A stretch of 64,000 bases of DNA from Squalus acanthias. Lineage: Eukaryota. Location of the stretch: contig CM059438.1 in assembly GCA_030390025.1 (NCBI GenBank), forward strand, positions 56,732,001 to 56,796,000, written 5' to 3'. Below, piece by piece: positions 1-12,564 of the stretch; position 1 is the stretch's first letter; each line of letters begins with the position of its first letter. The notes beneath the pieces were generated by a model that was not told where the DNA came from, searched no databases, and saw only the letters and a list, made by a program, of their open reading frames with translations. A program made the position numbers and the translations under genes.

Positions 1-349
1 CTGAAGTATAAAATGGCAGAAAAACACTTGTGTAGTCGTTGCTGTGGGTGAGACAGCAAGTAGTGCAGGTGGTGCAGTCACTGGGCAAATCTCCCATCCC
101 AAGCAATATGTCCCAAATGCAGAAAATATTGGAAGACATCGATGGTCAGCTTTAGACCCCTCAGTCTCAGCAGCCACTGGCACAGCATTTTCTGCTACCT
201 TTTACCCACTACTCCATAGTCACTACTTTAATACCCAGCTGATTAACATAGCGATAAAGGATAAAAGTGCTGTGAAATTATATGAAGATAAAAGTTGAAA
301 TAATAAATGATTATTTTCCAGAGGTATTTACTGGATAGAATGAGAGATC

Positions 350-351
<2 letters not shown>

Positions 352-389
<38 letters not shown>
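352..389. repeat. (TA)n microsatellite
   Basis: Direct reading. Confidence 0.98.
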
Positions 390-390
<1 letters not shown>

Positions 391-699
391 CACCTTATCA
401 CATCTCGAAGCAACACCTCAGAGTGTTTTACACAAATTACTTTTGAACTGCAGTCAATATTGTTATGTGGCAGCACGATCCCACACACAGCAGTGAGATT
501 TGGTGGTGTTGGTTGAGGGATGAATGTTGGTCAAGACACCAGAGGAAACGCCCCGCTCTTCTTCAGAAATTGTCATGGGATCTCTAAAGTCCACTTGAAC
601 AGGCAGACAGAGCATTGGATTAATGTCTGAGAGGATACTACGAACTTGCTGTAGCACCTAAATTCCACTTTCTCAGTATTCTAGAAAATGTTGATGTCA

Positions 700-1330
700 A
701 CATGACAGAGGTACTTTCTAAATTAGAGGGATTTAAGGCAATACATTGCTGAGCCAGCTGGTATATACCCTAGGTATGGAGGTAAGGAAGGATGTTTCCA
801 GGGCACTGGCTCTCACTATGGTGGAAGCATTGGGCACCACTGAGGTTCTACAGGACTGGAAGAAAGCAAACAGAGTGATGCACAAGACTACCCTTAATCC
901 AGTACGAAGATTACTGTAAGTAGGGTACTGTTAACTGCTAGGTCACACAACTCAGCAGGGCCTAATTACTGAAAAAGTGCAGCTCCCAGATTGCAGGGAC
1001 AAAGTCCACTTACAGAAACCACTGTGAACCACCTTGGTCAGTTCTGGTCACCTCCCCACCAAAGGGAGACACAGGCATTGGTGAGGGTGCAGAGAAGAAG
1101 GAGCACATAGAGAAGCTCAAGCTGTACAGACTGGAAACAAGGCAGTTTCAAGGTTTGGCGGGGGGACATCCTTAGTATAGATAAGGAAAACCCAGAATAT
1201 TACTTTAACAAGTAAGCCAAGAAAGTAGGATCAGAGGACGGAAATGGAAACTAGTGAAAAGTAAATGTAAAACAGAAAGCAGGAAGAACTTCCCTCAAAT
1301 AGTGAGAAATGTTTGCAATAATCTGCTAAA
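700..1330 (+). mobile_element. Highly decayed CR1 remnants
   Basis: Nucleotide resemblance to the CR1 RT (GACTGGAAGAAAGCAAA, CAGTTCTGGTCACC, GAGGGTGCAGAGAAG). Confidence 0.55.
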
Positions 1331-1336
1331 TAGGAA

Positions 1337-2617
1337 AGCTCTCCACCATTTTACCCTGCAAAACAATGATCCATCTTCTCAACTCCATGCTTAGCAACTG
1401 ACGCTTCCGTGTGTACACTGGCACCCAGAAGAGCAGATATAGGACATTGAACAACGGACTCCCACAGGGTTCTGTCCTGGCACCCATGTTATTCAAAGTT
1501 TACACCAGTGACCTGCCCAAAACAGAGTCCCACAAGTTCGTATACGCTGATGACATTGCCTTGGCCACGCAAAACATGAATCTGTCCGTGACCGAGACCA
1601 CCCTGACCAGTGATTTACAGAGGATGGAGGCCTACTTCCGCCGATGGCGACTTCGGCCAAACTCGCAAAAGACCATCACCTCGACATTCCACCTCAATAC
1701 CCATCGAGCAAGCCAAGCTTTGAAAGTCTCCTTTTGCGGCCCAGAGGTAAGCCATGCCAAAAAAAACTCCTATTTAGGAGTCGTGCTTGATTGCACCCTG
1801 TCATATAGACAGCATCTCCAGAACCTTGGGAAGAAACTAAAGAGTAGGGTCAACTTGATCCAGAAACTCACCGGATCCACATGGGGAGCAGACGCTCAAA
1901 CCCTCCGTAAGGCAGCACTCATCCTGGTGTACTCTACAGCGGAGTACTGCTCTCCGGCATGGCTATCGAGTCCGCATGTCAAATCCGTTGATGTCCAGCT
2001 GAATTCTACTATGAGAATTATCACTGGTACGCTTTTATCGACACCATCACCTTGGCTGCCCGTGCTTGCAAACATCGCACCACCTTACCTACGCCACGAA
2101 TATGCAGTCTCCAGAGAATACAACCGCTACACCAGCAAAGACATGCCGATCCAAGCTGACTTGAACAACCTACTACCAACCCGTCTCAAATCTAGAAGGC
2201 CATTTTGGCCCGTCGCCGAAGCCCTTTAGCGATCTCCTCTCAGCCTTGATGACCGATGGCGAAATGCTTGGAAGAACTGTGACATACGGAATTGATTCCT
2301 TATAGAGGACCCCACAGTACAACCTGAAGGATCAAACCTTCCTCGCAAACAGTGGACAACCATCAACCGCCTCAGAACCGGTCATGGTAGATGCTGCCAC
2401 CCTCTCTATAGATGGAAGATTAAAGCATCCCCATCATGCGACTGTGGAGCTCCTAATCAGACCCTGGAGCACATCATTGCGCGCTGCCCTCAGAGGAAAT
2501 TCGCAGGCAGCCTACAAGATATCCACGTTGTTACACCGGAAGCTTTGGCCTGGATATCTGATTTAGGTATTGACATTCGATTTGCTTTGCTACTACCATA
2601 TGAAAGAAGAAGAAGAT
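1337..2617 (+). mobile_element. Vingi/Ingi-like non-LTR retrotransposon, 3' part
   Basis: GLPQGSVLAP, YADD, LTGSTWGA..LR, C-terminal CDCG..QTLEHIIARCP zinc knuckle, (GAA)n tail; clade assignment is inference. Confidence 0.8.
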
Positions 2618-2659
2618 AGGAAAGTAGAGAAAAAAAACACTGGGTGCTGTTTAAAATAC

Positions 2660-3072
2660 AGATCACCCCTGTGCTCGCTGACATTGGCTCTCGGTTAAGA
2701 AACGCCTCGATTTTAAAATTCTCATCCTTGTTTACAAATCCCACCATGGCCTTGCCCCTCACTATCTCTGTAATCTCCTCCCGCCCAACAACCCTCGGAG
2801 ATATCTGTGCTCCTCTAATTCTGGCCTCTTGCACATCCCCAATTTAAATCACTCCACCATTGGCGGCTGTGCTTTCAGCTGCCGAGGCCCTAAGCTCTGG
2901 AATTCCCTCCCTAAACCTCTCCGCCTCGCTACCTCTCTCTCTTCCTTGAAGATGCTCCTTAAAGCCTACCTCTTTGACCAATCTTTAGGTCACCTGTCCT
3001 ACTATCTCATGTGGCTCGGTGTCACGGGACGTTTTACTACATTAAAGGTGCTATATAAATACAAGTTGTTGT
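2660..3072 (+). mobile_element. L2 3' fragment; others at ~4015-4232(-), 25400-25730, 25880-26098, 39455-39735, 58415-58850(-), 60853-61183
   Basis: GGCGGC.GTGCCTTCAGCTG...CTCTGGAATTCCCTCCC; tail CTATATAAATACAAGTTGTTG. Confidence 0.8.
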
Positions 3073-3164
3073 GGTTGATGGGAGAGTTAGGATATTAGAC
3101 AGTTGAGCTTTGATGGCTACATTGGCCTTTTCTCATCCCAGACTTCTGTTCTAATGTTACTCAC

Positions 3165-3389
3165 ACAGAGAAACTGATTCACCCTCTGCCTCTTCTCACT
3201 TTCAACATTGCCTGCTCTTAATTGGAGATGCCAACTGTGGGGCAGCTTCAACTTCAGGAGCAGCTTTCCCCGATTCCTTCCATCTCCCCAGTTATACAGT
3301 GCCAGAGGGCTGACTATCTCAGTGGCAGAATCCATGCAAGTGGTAAAGGGACAGGGTTACTAACTGAGCTAATGTGCTGTGCACAATAC
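3165..3389 (-). CDS. Candidate exon of an unidentified downstream gene (ATG at 3335)
   Basis: Non-repeat sequence; acceptor tttccAG, donor GTGAGT; 57 open codons MDSATEIVSPLALYNWGDG...VNQFLC; family not recognised. Confidence 0.4.
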
Positions 3390-4239
3390 CTGGAAACGCA
3401 TTAGATATAAATTACTCCCAATATTCAGTCATATCTGCCAACAATGTATATATTTTTATAAAGTAAAATTTTTGTTTCATTCTTGATAAATGATTGTAGC
3501 CTGATGATACCCTCCCAGGTGCCTATTATTCTACATTTCTCCTTTTTATGTTGCAGGAGCCTGGACCAGTAGCACAGTTAGGAAGGGCATCCAGGTGCAG
3601 TGTGAACCCTTTGCTGAATCATGGAGGAGTCGCCTCATCTTGGCGGGATCGAGTTGCCAGCAAGATAGCTTATCCAGCGCGAGCAACTGGCACTAGAAGT
3701 TTGTGTCAAAAACTGGGATGGTCGATATACACAGTGAGACCAAGGAGGCACGAGAACAGCTAAGTAAAAGTCTTGAAATTATAGAAAAGCTACAAGAGGA
3801 TATATTAGGAAGAAAAGGCAAAAGATAAAACAGCAAAAGTAGCAAAGAGAGACGATGGAGAAGTGATAATAGGGGGAGGAAAATAGGGCGAGCAGAGGTA
3901 CTGTTCAAATTCTATTTAAAATTATTTTTTCGGAATTTGTTTGGGTGATAGTATTACAGCAATAAAGTCACTGCTGAGAGTTGAGTGGTTCTATTATTGC
4001 AGTAGTGTTTGATCCAACAACAACTAGCAATTACGTGGCGCCTTTAATGTAGAAAGAAATCCCAAGATGCTTCACAGAAGCGTAAGGGGACAATGGACAC
4101 CGAGCTAAAGAAAGTGATAGTAGGAGAGGTGACCAAAAGCTTGGTCAAAGAGGTAGGTTTTAAGGAGAGTCTTAAAGAAGAATCAGGAGGTGGAGAGGTT
4201 TAGAGAGGGAATTCCAGAGTGTGGGGCCCAGGCGGGAAT

Positions 4240-4730
4240 AAGAACATAAGAAATAGGAGTCGGCCATTCGGCCCCTCGAGCCTGCTTCGCCATTCAATAA
4301 GATCATGGCTGCTGATCTACCTCAACTCCACTTTCCTGCACTATCCCCATATCCCTTGATTCCCTTAATATCCAAAAATGTATCTATCTCTGTCTTGAAT
4401 ATACTCAACGACTGAGCCTCCACAGCCCTCTGGGGTAGAGAATTCCAAAGATTCACCACCCTCTGAGTGAAGAAATTTCTCCTCATCTCAGTCCTAAATG
4501 GCCGACCCCTTATTCTAAGCCTATGACCTCTGGTTCTAGACCCCCCCAGCCAGGGGAAACACCTTCCCTGCATCTACCCTGTCAAGCCCTGTAAGAATTT
4601 TGTATGTTTCAATGAGATCACCTCTCATTCTTCTAAACTCTTGAGAATATAGGCCTAGTCTACTCAATCTCTCCTCATAGGACAATCCCCCCATCCCATC
4701 GTTGCACTCCCTCTATGGCAAGTATATTCA
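4240..4730 (-). mobile_element. CR1 3' fragment
   Basis: RTRGH...RNFFTQRVVNLWNSLP peptide and tail. Confidence 0.88.
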
Positions 4731-5031
4731 GAATGATGGCTGGTGTGTGAAATGAGGGGTAAGAATCACACTGGTACCATACTGTGTACTCCTCTGAAGG
4801 AGGGGCTAGGATATATTGGGGAAGGATTTTCTTCTTGTGCTATGTGCAATTCAATTGTTGAATCAAAAACGTTTACAGCACAGAAGGAGGCCATTCAGCC
4901 CATCGCCTCTGTACCACCTTTCAGAGAGCTTTCCACATAGCCCATGTTCTTAGCCGATACCCTTTAAAAAATGTCTTTCTCCAATATTTAGCCACTTCCC
5001 TTTTAAAATCTATTATGGATTCTGCTTCCAC

Positions 5032-5365
5032 TACTGAGGGAGTGCTGCACTGTCAGAGGTGCCGTCTTTCGGATGAGACGTTAAACTGAGGCCCCGTCTG
5101 CTCTCTCAGGTGGACGTAAAAGATCCCATGACATTGTTTCGAAGAAGAGCAGGGGAGTTATCCCCGGTGTATTGGCCAATCTTTATCCCTCAATCAACAT
5201 CACTAAAACAAATTATTTGGTCATTATCACATTGCTGTTTGTGGGAACTTGCTGTACGCAATTTGGCTGCCGCGTATCCTACATTTCAACAGAGACTACA
5301 CTTCAAAAGTACTTCATTGGCTGTAAAGCGCTTTGGGACATCGTAAAATGCGCGATATAAATGCA
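5032..5365 (+). mobile_element. 5'-truncated DeuSINE between direct repeats
   Basis: Deu core; flanked by near-identical AAAATCTATTATGGATTCTGCTT(C/T)CACTACTG copies (~5005 and ~5368). Confidence 0.8.
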
Positions 5366-5448
5366 ATAAAATCTATTATGGATTCTGCTTTCACTACTGT
5401 TTCTGTCAGGCCAATCCATTTGTACTTTTGATAATGATCTTAGACTTA

Positions 5449-5577
5449 GGGGGTTAATTTTCCCTTCACATCCTGCACACTTTTCATCCAATTGATTTCA
5501 ATGGAATGAGAATCAGGCAGGTTCTACAATGGGCTTCACCAGATTACCACCCAGGCAGTAATGGTGAATATTACCCC
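5449..5577. mobile_element. Small MITE
   Basis: Imperfect TIR GGGGTTAATTTTC / GGGGTAATATTC; internal palindrome ATTGATTTCAAT. Confidence 0.5.
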
Positions 5578-6349
5578 TATGCTCTCTAGTTACCGAGTTA
5601 CTGACCACTGGGAACAGTTTTCCCTATTTTCCTTTCCAAAAGCCTTAACAATTTTGAGCATCTCTATCATACCCTCTCTTAACCTTCTCTGTTCTAATGA
5701 AAAGAGCCCAAGTTGCTGTCGTCCCTCATCATAAGTAAAATCACTCACCCTGGAATCATCCCCAGTAATCCCAGTTTTTATCACCAGGTTTAGTTATACA
5801 TAAGTTCCAACTTTACGCTCCCAACAAAATGGGTACTGGTAACGGCCGACAGTCAGGAGGAAGTTATCCCACAGTGCACTGGGCTGACTGTCTTAATCTA
5901 TCCCACAGTGCACTGTGCTGACTGTCCAAAGCAAGCACACTGGGCTGATTGCACACTTTTGAAGGGGCACACAATTTGAATAAATAGCATGAGGTTCCAT
6001 GATAACAATGGTAGCTAGCATAATGGGGCAGATGGTAAATCTAGCTAGCAGCTCAAATTTAAAGGGATGCACCCACTTAAAAGTAAGTGGCTGCATATGG
6101 TGGTAAATATTTAACAAGATTTGAAATATCAGGCTGGTGGGGCAGGGGAACAGAGTTGGTGGGAAAGATAAAGCCAGGCAAAAATGAAGTGAAAGGAAAT
6201 CCAAAGTGGAGGCATAGAACAGAGTCTGTGGGAAAGTTACAGGAAACCACTGTATCCAACCCCTGTTCGATGTTCTGGCAATGTGAGCATACTGCTGTAT
6301 GGGGTGGGTGCAAGGCCCTCCTCCCCAGAGGACAACCATGCACCTTGTC

Positions 6350-7190
6350 TAAAATAAAAACAGAAAATGCTGGAACCACTCATTAGGTCAGGCAGCATCT
6401 GTGGAGAAAGAGAGTTAACATTTCAAGTCGATGACCTTTCGTCAGAACTGGAAAAAGTTAGAGATGTAACAAATTTTAAGCAGGTGCAGAGGCAGGGAAA
6501 GGAAAGAACAAAAGGGAAGGTCTGTGATAGGATGGAAGGCAGGAGAGATTAAATGACAAAAGGTATGATTGTACAAAGTAAAAGGAGATGGTAATGGGAC
6601 AAGTAAAGAAACAAAAGATGGGTCTAGAGGGAGATGTAAATGGGGATAGTAGAATCATCAGCTGCCATCTGAAAACATAGGGGCAGAGGTTATAGTCTAA
6701 AATTGTTGAACTCGATGTTGAGTCCAGAAGGCAGTAAAGTGCCTAATAGAAAGAGGTGCTGTTCCTCGAGCTTACGTTGAGCTTCGTTGGAACAGTGTAA
6801 GAGGCCGAGGACAGAGGGGTCAGAGTGGGAGTGGAGCGGAGAATTAAAGTGACAGGCGACCGGAAGCTCGGGGTCACGCTTGCGGACTGAACAGAGGTGT
6901 TCTGCAAAGCGGTCACCCAATCTGCGTTTGGTCTCCCCAATGTAGAGGAGACGGCAGTGTGAGCAGCGAATACAGTATACTAAATTGCAAGAAGTACATG
7001 TAAATCGCTGTTTCACCTGGAAGGAGTGTTTGGAGCCCTGGACGGTGGGAAGGGAGGAGGTAAAAGGGCAGGTGTTGCATCTCCTGCGCTTGTACGGGAA
7101 GGTGCCGGGGGCTGCTTGACCTGCTGAGTATTTCCAGCATTATCTTTTTATTTCAGATTTCCAGCATCCACACTATTTTGCTTTTGTATT
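6350..7190 (-). mobile_element. Penelope-like element: GIY-YIG endonuclease end with inverted terminal segments
   Basis: ORF 6690..7016 NLVYCIRC..LYIGETKRRLGDRFAEH; 6350-6400 is inverted relative to 7110-7150. Confidence 0.9.
6413..6449 (-). ncRNA. Minimal type I hammerhead ribozyme motif (Penelope-associated)
   Basis: AGUU-CUGACGA-A-AGGUC AUC GACUU-GAAA-UG-UU-AACU. Confidence 0.7.
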
Positions 7191-7519
7191 AGTGCTAAAT
7201 CTACACAAACAGAAAACAATCCAAATTTCAGCCAAAAATTTAAAAGTGAGCAGACTATTCCCACAGGTCAGGCTATCCAGATAATACTGAGGCCCACTTC
7301 AAATAGGCAATCAGGCCTACTGAGAAAGCCTCAAGATCCAGCAAGGGACGATTTCAAACACCGTGAATCAGATGCGCTAGACTACACGCCCAATTTATTG
7401 ACCCACGTTAGACCCCAACACAGCTCTGTACCGCAAACAGAGCCAGGAAAAATCAGTGCTATAGGGCACTGAAAAAAATCTGCCCCACTGTGAGGACAGC
7501 TGGCTGCGATATATGGATA

Positions 7520-8873
7520 TAGCTGGTCTGGGAGTGCTCGATACTCACACTGCGGGGACAGCTGGGAGTGCTCGATACTGCAGGAAAAGCTGGCTGTGCT
7601 GTATCTGGTCTGGGAGTGCCCAATACACTGCAGGAACAGCTGGCTGTGATACACGGGTCTGGGAGTGCCCAATACACTGCAGGAACAGCTGGCTGTGATA
7701 CACGGGTCTGGGAGTGCCCAATACACTGCAGGAACAGCTGGCTGTGATACACGGGTCTGGGAGTGCCCGATACTGCAGGAACAGCTGGCTGTGATACACG
7801 GGTCTGGGAGTGCCCAATACACTGCAGGAACAGCTGGCTGTGATACACGGGTCTGGGAGTGCCCGATACTGCAGGAACAGCTGGCTGTGATACACGGGTC
7901 TGGGCGTGCTCGATACTGCAGGAACAGCTGGCTGTGATACACGGGTCTGGGAGTGCTCGATACTGCAGGAACAGCTGGCTGTGATACACGGGTCTGGGAG
8001 TGCTCGATACACTGCTGGAACAGCTGGCTGTGATACACGGGTCTGGGAGTGCTCGATACTGCAGGAACAGCTGGCTGTGATACACGGGTCTGGGCGTGCT
8101 CGATACTGCAGGAACAGCTGGCTGTGATACACGGGTCTGGGAGTGCTCGATACTGCAGGAACAGCTGGCTGTGATACACGGGTCTGGGAGTGCTCGATAC
8201 ACTGCTGGAACAGCTGGCTGTGATACACGGGTCTGGGAGTGCTCGATACACTGCTGGAACAGCTGGCTGTGATACACGGGTCTGGGAGTGCTCGATACTG
8301 CAGGAACAGCTGGCTGTGCTGTATCTGGTCTGGGAGTGCTCGATACACTGCTGGAACAGCTGGCTGTGATACACGGGTCTGGGAGTGCCCAATACACTGC
8401 AGGAACAGCTGGCTGTGATACACGGGTCTGGGAGTGCCCGATACTGCAGGAACAGCTGGCTGTGATACACGGGTCTGGGAGTGCTCGATACTGCAGGAAC
8501 AGCTGGCTGTGATACACGGGTCTGGGAGTGCTCGATACACTGCTGGAACAGCTGGCTGTGATACACGGGTCTGGGAGTGCCCGATACTGCAGGAACAGCT
8601 GGCTGTGATACACGGGTCTGGGAGTGCTCGATACTGCAGGAACAGCTGGCTGTACTGTATCTGGTCTGGGAGTGCTCGATACACTGCTGGAACAGCTGGC
8701 TGTGATACACGGGTCTGGGAGTGCCCAATACACTGCAGGAACAGCTGGCTGTGATACACGGGTCTGGGAGTGCCCGATACTGCAGGAACAGCTGGCTGTG
8801 ATACACGGGTCTGGGAGTGCCCGATACTGCAGGAACAGCTGGCTGTGATACACGGGTCTGGGAGTGCCCGATA
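7520..8873. repeat. 47/49-bp minisatellite, ~28 units
   Basis: Unit GGGTCTGGGAGTGCTCGATA(CA)CTGCAGGAACAGCTGGCTGTGATACAC. Confidence 0.97.
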
Positions 8874-9094
8874 CGCACACTGGGTGACGAAACTGGAAAA
8901 GTGTGTTCCACTCCCCAAGCATTTACCCTAATGGACGTAAAATACACCTCCTGCCCCAAAATGAAAATTAAAAATATAGCTAGTTTTATGAATGGATGGG
9001 AGAACTGCAAGGAAACACAATGAAACTTAAAGGAATGACTTACATTGCAGCTGTAAGAGGCAGAGCAAACAGCATTTAATTTCTTAGTATTTGT

Positions 9095-9100
9095 TTTATT
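9095..9100 (-). terminator. Candidate ALAD polyadenylation signal (AATAAA; a second one at 9271-9276)
   Basis: AATAAA on the minus strand ~0.4-0.6 kb after the stop codon. Confidence 0.5.
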
Positions 9101-9674
9101 AAAACAGAGGTTTCCATTTCATTTGCAACTGTTCACAGGGTTTCACGTTTCACTTACAGGTAATATTGATAACACGTGTTAGAGAGTCTGTTCACATCGA
9201 ACGGTCGGGTCCAGGAAGGCACATGGCAGCAGCGGTTACTACATAGTACATTTAAACCCCAGTCACATGATTTATTCACAAAGCCTGTCAATTCATTCAG
9301 TTTAAGATCCCTGATGCTCTGTGTGTTCGCAATGCACAACAAATCCTTTACAAAATCAGACACTTAACAGAAATGCAGTCAAGCAGCTGCACAATCTTTC
9401 AATCACTCTCAGCTTACTTCGTCGAAAATCTCTCTCTCACTTCCACTCATGTACATTATGCAACTAAATATCTGCAGGATGCTAAACATTTCTGTGAAAA
9501 TCTATTTTAGGTCTAATACAAGGGTTCAAGGTTTAAAAGAATGTTGCTAGTCTTTATCAACAAGTATTTGGTATATCAGCCGTGGTACCAGATATGAACG
9601 GGAGAGGGGGAGGTCTGTGGGAATGGTTTAAAATTCTTCAGAACCCTGTGTTGTGTGTCTGAGATGGAGCAGCA

Positions 9675-9736
9675 TCAAATGTCCTTCAGCCATTTCAGGA
9701 GCTGTGGCACATAGTACGTGATGATGATATCAGCAC
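9675..9736 (-). CDS. ALAD: ALAD last coding exon
   Basis: ADIIITYYVPQLLKWLKDI-TGA; the 11 exons sum to 993 nt = 330 aa + stop. Confidence 0.97.
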
Positions 9737-9951
9737 CTACAAAACCCAAACACAGCAAATAAACATCACACAGGTACATCACCATCATCCTTAAATGCCA
9801 AACTGGAAAACTGTCCCCAGCAGGAGCCACCTGCCGGTTACCCATCTTCCCGTGGTCGAGTGGGATGGGAATGATGGGACAGTCACTGCTATAGATTACA
9901 CCAACACCACCGTGCGAATGTCCAGCAGGTGTGTTAACAGAGAACCACAGC

Positions 9952-10260
9952 TCTTAAGCTGTGGGGTGACCACCTCCTGAAACGTGCTATCCACGTAGCT
10001 CTCAGCCTCACGGATGCACCGCAGTGACGCCAGCTGCTGCTCAAGCTCCGAAACCCAGAGCTCGAGCTCCTCCAGCTGATGACACTTCCTGCACATATGG
10101 TTGTCCAGGTCACGGGAAGCATCCTGGAGTTCCCACATAGTACAAGATGTACATTCCACGGGACGGAGGTGCCCTGCCATGCCTCTATTTAATCGACTAT
10201 TAACTAACATAACAGAAATAAACTCAAGACTTAAAAAAACCACATTCAGCTCCTTCCCTT
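9952..10260 (-). mobile_element. CR1 5' fragment (ORF1 zinc finger/coiled coil)
   Basis: MAGHLRPVECTSCTMWE...CRKC...FQEVVTPQ, homologous to the ORF1 at 46883. Confidence 0.8.
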
Positions 10261-10297
10261 GTGCTGGCATCACTTTCGTTTTTTTTAAAAAACCTAT

Positions 10298-11121
10298 AGA
10301 GCGATCCCCCATAGAATGCCCCACCGGGAGCGATCCGCTATAGAATGCCCCACCGGGAGCGATCCCCCATAGAATGCCCCACCGGGAGCGATCCGCTATA
10401 GAATGCCCCACCGGGAGCGATCCCCCATAGAATGCCCCACCGGGAGCGATCCCCCATAGAATGCCCCACCGGGAGCGATTCGCTATAGAATGCCCCACCG
10501 GGAGCGATCCCCCATAGAATGCCCCACCGCGGGAGCGATCCCCCATAGAATGCCCCACCGGGAGCGATCCCCCATAGAATGTCCCACCGGGAGCGATCCC
10601 CCATAGAATGCCCCACCGCGGGAGCGATCCCCCATAGAATGCCCCACCGGGAGCGATCCCCCATAGAATGCCCCACCGGGAGCGATCCCCCATAGAATGC
10701 CCCACCGGGAGCGATCCCCCATAGAATGCCCCACCGGGAGCGATCCCCCATAGAATGTCCCACCGGGAGCGATCCCCCATAGAATGCCCCACCGGGAGCG
10801 ATCCCCCATAGAATGCCCCACCGGGAGCGATCCCCCATAGAATGCCCCACCGCGGGAGCGATCCCCCATAGAATGCCCCACTGGGAGCGATCCCCCATAG
10901 AATGCCCCACCGGCAGCGATCCCCCATAGAATGCCCCACCGGGAGCGATCCCCCATAGAATGCCCCACCGGCAGCGATCCCCCATAGAATGCCCCACTGC
11001 GGGAGCGATCCCCCATAGAATGCCCCACCGCGGGAGCGATCCCCCATAGAATGCCCCACCGGGAGCGATCCCTTATAGAATGCCCCACCGGGAGCGATCC
11101 CCCATAGAATGCCCCACCGGG
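10298..11121. repeat. 29/31-bp minisatellite, ~28 units
   Basis: Unit GGGAGCGATCCCCCATAGAATGCCCCACC. Confidence 0.97.
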
Positions 11122-11714
11122 AAAATTTAAAACCATCCCAGGAGGGACTGACAGACGAGTGATGCTGAGCAACTATTGGATCTAGTGCCTTGATTGTGTT
11201 ATCGGGAGGAAGGCGAGTGCTGCCCTGGCTCTTGGTCTCCCCAGAAGATATTTTCAATGTTGCTGAATTTCAGAGTGCAATAGAGCTTAGTAGCCTGGTG
11301 GCAAAAGTCAACTTCGAAAGACCGAAGAGAAACAGGAATAGGTCAGCGGTCCCCCCCAATCACTGTCCACTAATCTCTACCAGAAAGTGTATGGCAGTGC
11401 GCACGCACACTGGGCTCAGGCAGGACCAGACTCAGCAGGGATGACCCCACAGTTGAATAGCTGGTCACCACATGCTGTCCAGGTTCACATGTAAAGAGTG
11501 GCTACTCTGTTAAGGGCTGTCATAGCCACTGAACCGTAGCCCAGTAACAGCCAGTGTCTTTAGGAGAGAGGACAGGAAATAGTCAGGGCCATCCACACAC
11601 CAACATCGTCCAGAAGCAGCTTACATGACAGCAGAAACCCCAACTGCTTTTCTCCTCTTTGTTCAGGCACAGCTATTATCTTGTATCATCCTCCAGGGGA
11701 TGGCCCCAGTGTCA

Positions 11715-12105
11715 AATAAAAGTTCCCCCTTTTAAAGGGGAACAACTAATAGAAAACAAAATCATAAAACAAAGGAAACTTAAATAATGATATTGCTGTC
11801 TGTGCCCACCAAGCACTCCAGTCCCTGCGGTGCCCACTGGTCGCGGAAGGCCTCAAGTGTACCAGCAATCACCACATGCTCCTTGACCTGGGCGCGGACA
11901 AGGCCGCGGAAGAGAGACAGACAGACAGAGCAGCCACGCTTCCACGAGCCGCGTCCAACCTGGACCTCCTGTGGATGACCACCTTGGCGAGGCCCAGAAG
12001 CAGACCCACAGAGATCCTCCGACTTGCCAGTGCCCCCCCACCACACCCCCCCGCACTGGGTGGCCAAAGACCAGGAGTGTCAAAGCCAAGTATGAAGTGA
12101 CTCAC
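11715..12105 (-). mobile_element. L1/Tx1-clade LINE 3' fragment
   Basis: Frameshifted LLVFGHPVR, VGLLLGLAKVVIHR, EAFRDQWAPQGLEC peptides typical of the Tx1 ORF2 end. Confidence 0.7.
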
Positions 12106-12255
12106 ATTCCACATTCCCCCAGTGCCTGTGTTCCTGGGACACTGGGCTACACAGAGCTCGCTGTGTATTGCAGGATCTACCGACGCAGTGTTGGAACCTG
12201 GCTTCATGCAAGGGATTAACACACTGCACGAAGTGCTGTAAAAGTTAAGTATTAC

Positions 12256-12385
12256 CTGCCCTCCTGAAGCTGGTCAGAGCCTCCATTACAGCTGTCCTAA
12301 GGTCAAATGCTCCAGCTTGGGCCCCGTGCCACAGCATCGCAAACTCTCCAGAGACATGGTAAATTGCCAGTGGATGTGAGGGGAA
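12256..12385 (-). CDS. ALAD: ALAD coding exon 10
   Basis: [43 protein letters not shown]; 130 nt. Confidence 0.98.
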
Positions 12386-12564
12386 CTGAGGGAGAGAGAG
12401 AGAGAGAAAGATCGATCACTAACTGCTAAGCACCTAGCATTCAGTAACTGCAACAAAATCACTCAATTCGCAGTAAATAATAATGACATTCTTATGCAGT
12501 GTGCACCCCCATATCTCCGTGGCTGCAGTGAACTTTAACAGTCAGTGACATCACATTAATGTAG

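Noticed and set aside
3548..3763. Possible plus-strand exon after a pyrimidine tract
   Set aside because: No recognisable peptide, no convincing donor and no partner exons
7382..9010. Long ORFs (542, 487 and 457 aa) in three frames
   Set aside because: They are translations of the 47/49-bp minisatellite, with the same peptides cycling through frames and no gene structure
9896..11257. 453-aa ORF that looks like a Gly/Trp repeat fused to a zinc finger
   Set aside because: Chance read-through of a 29-bp array into a CR1 ORF1 fragment inside the last ALAD intron
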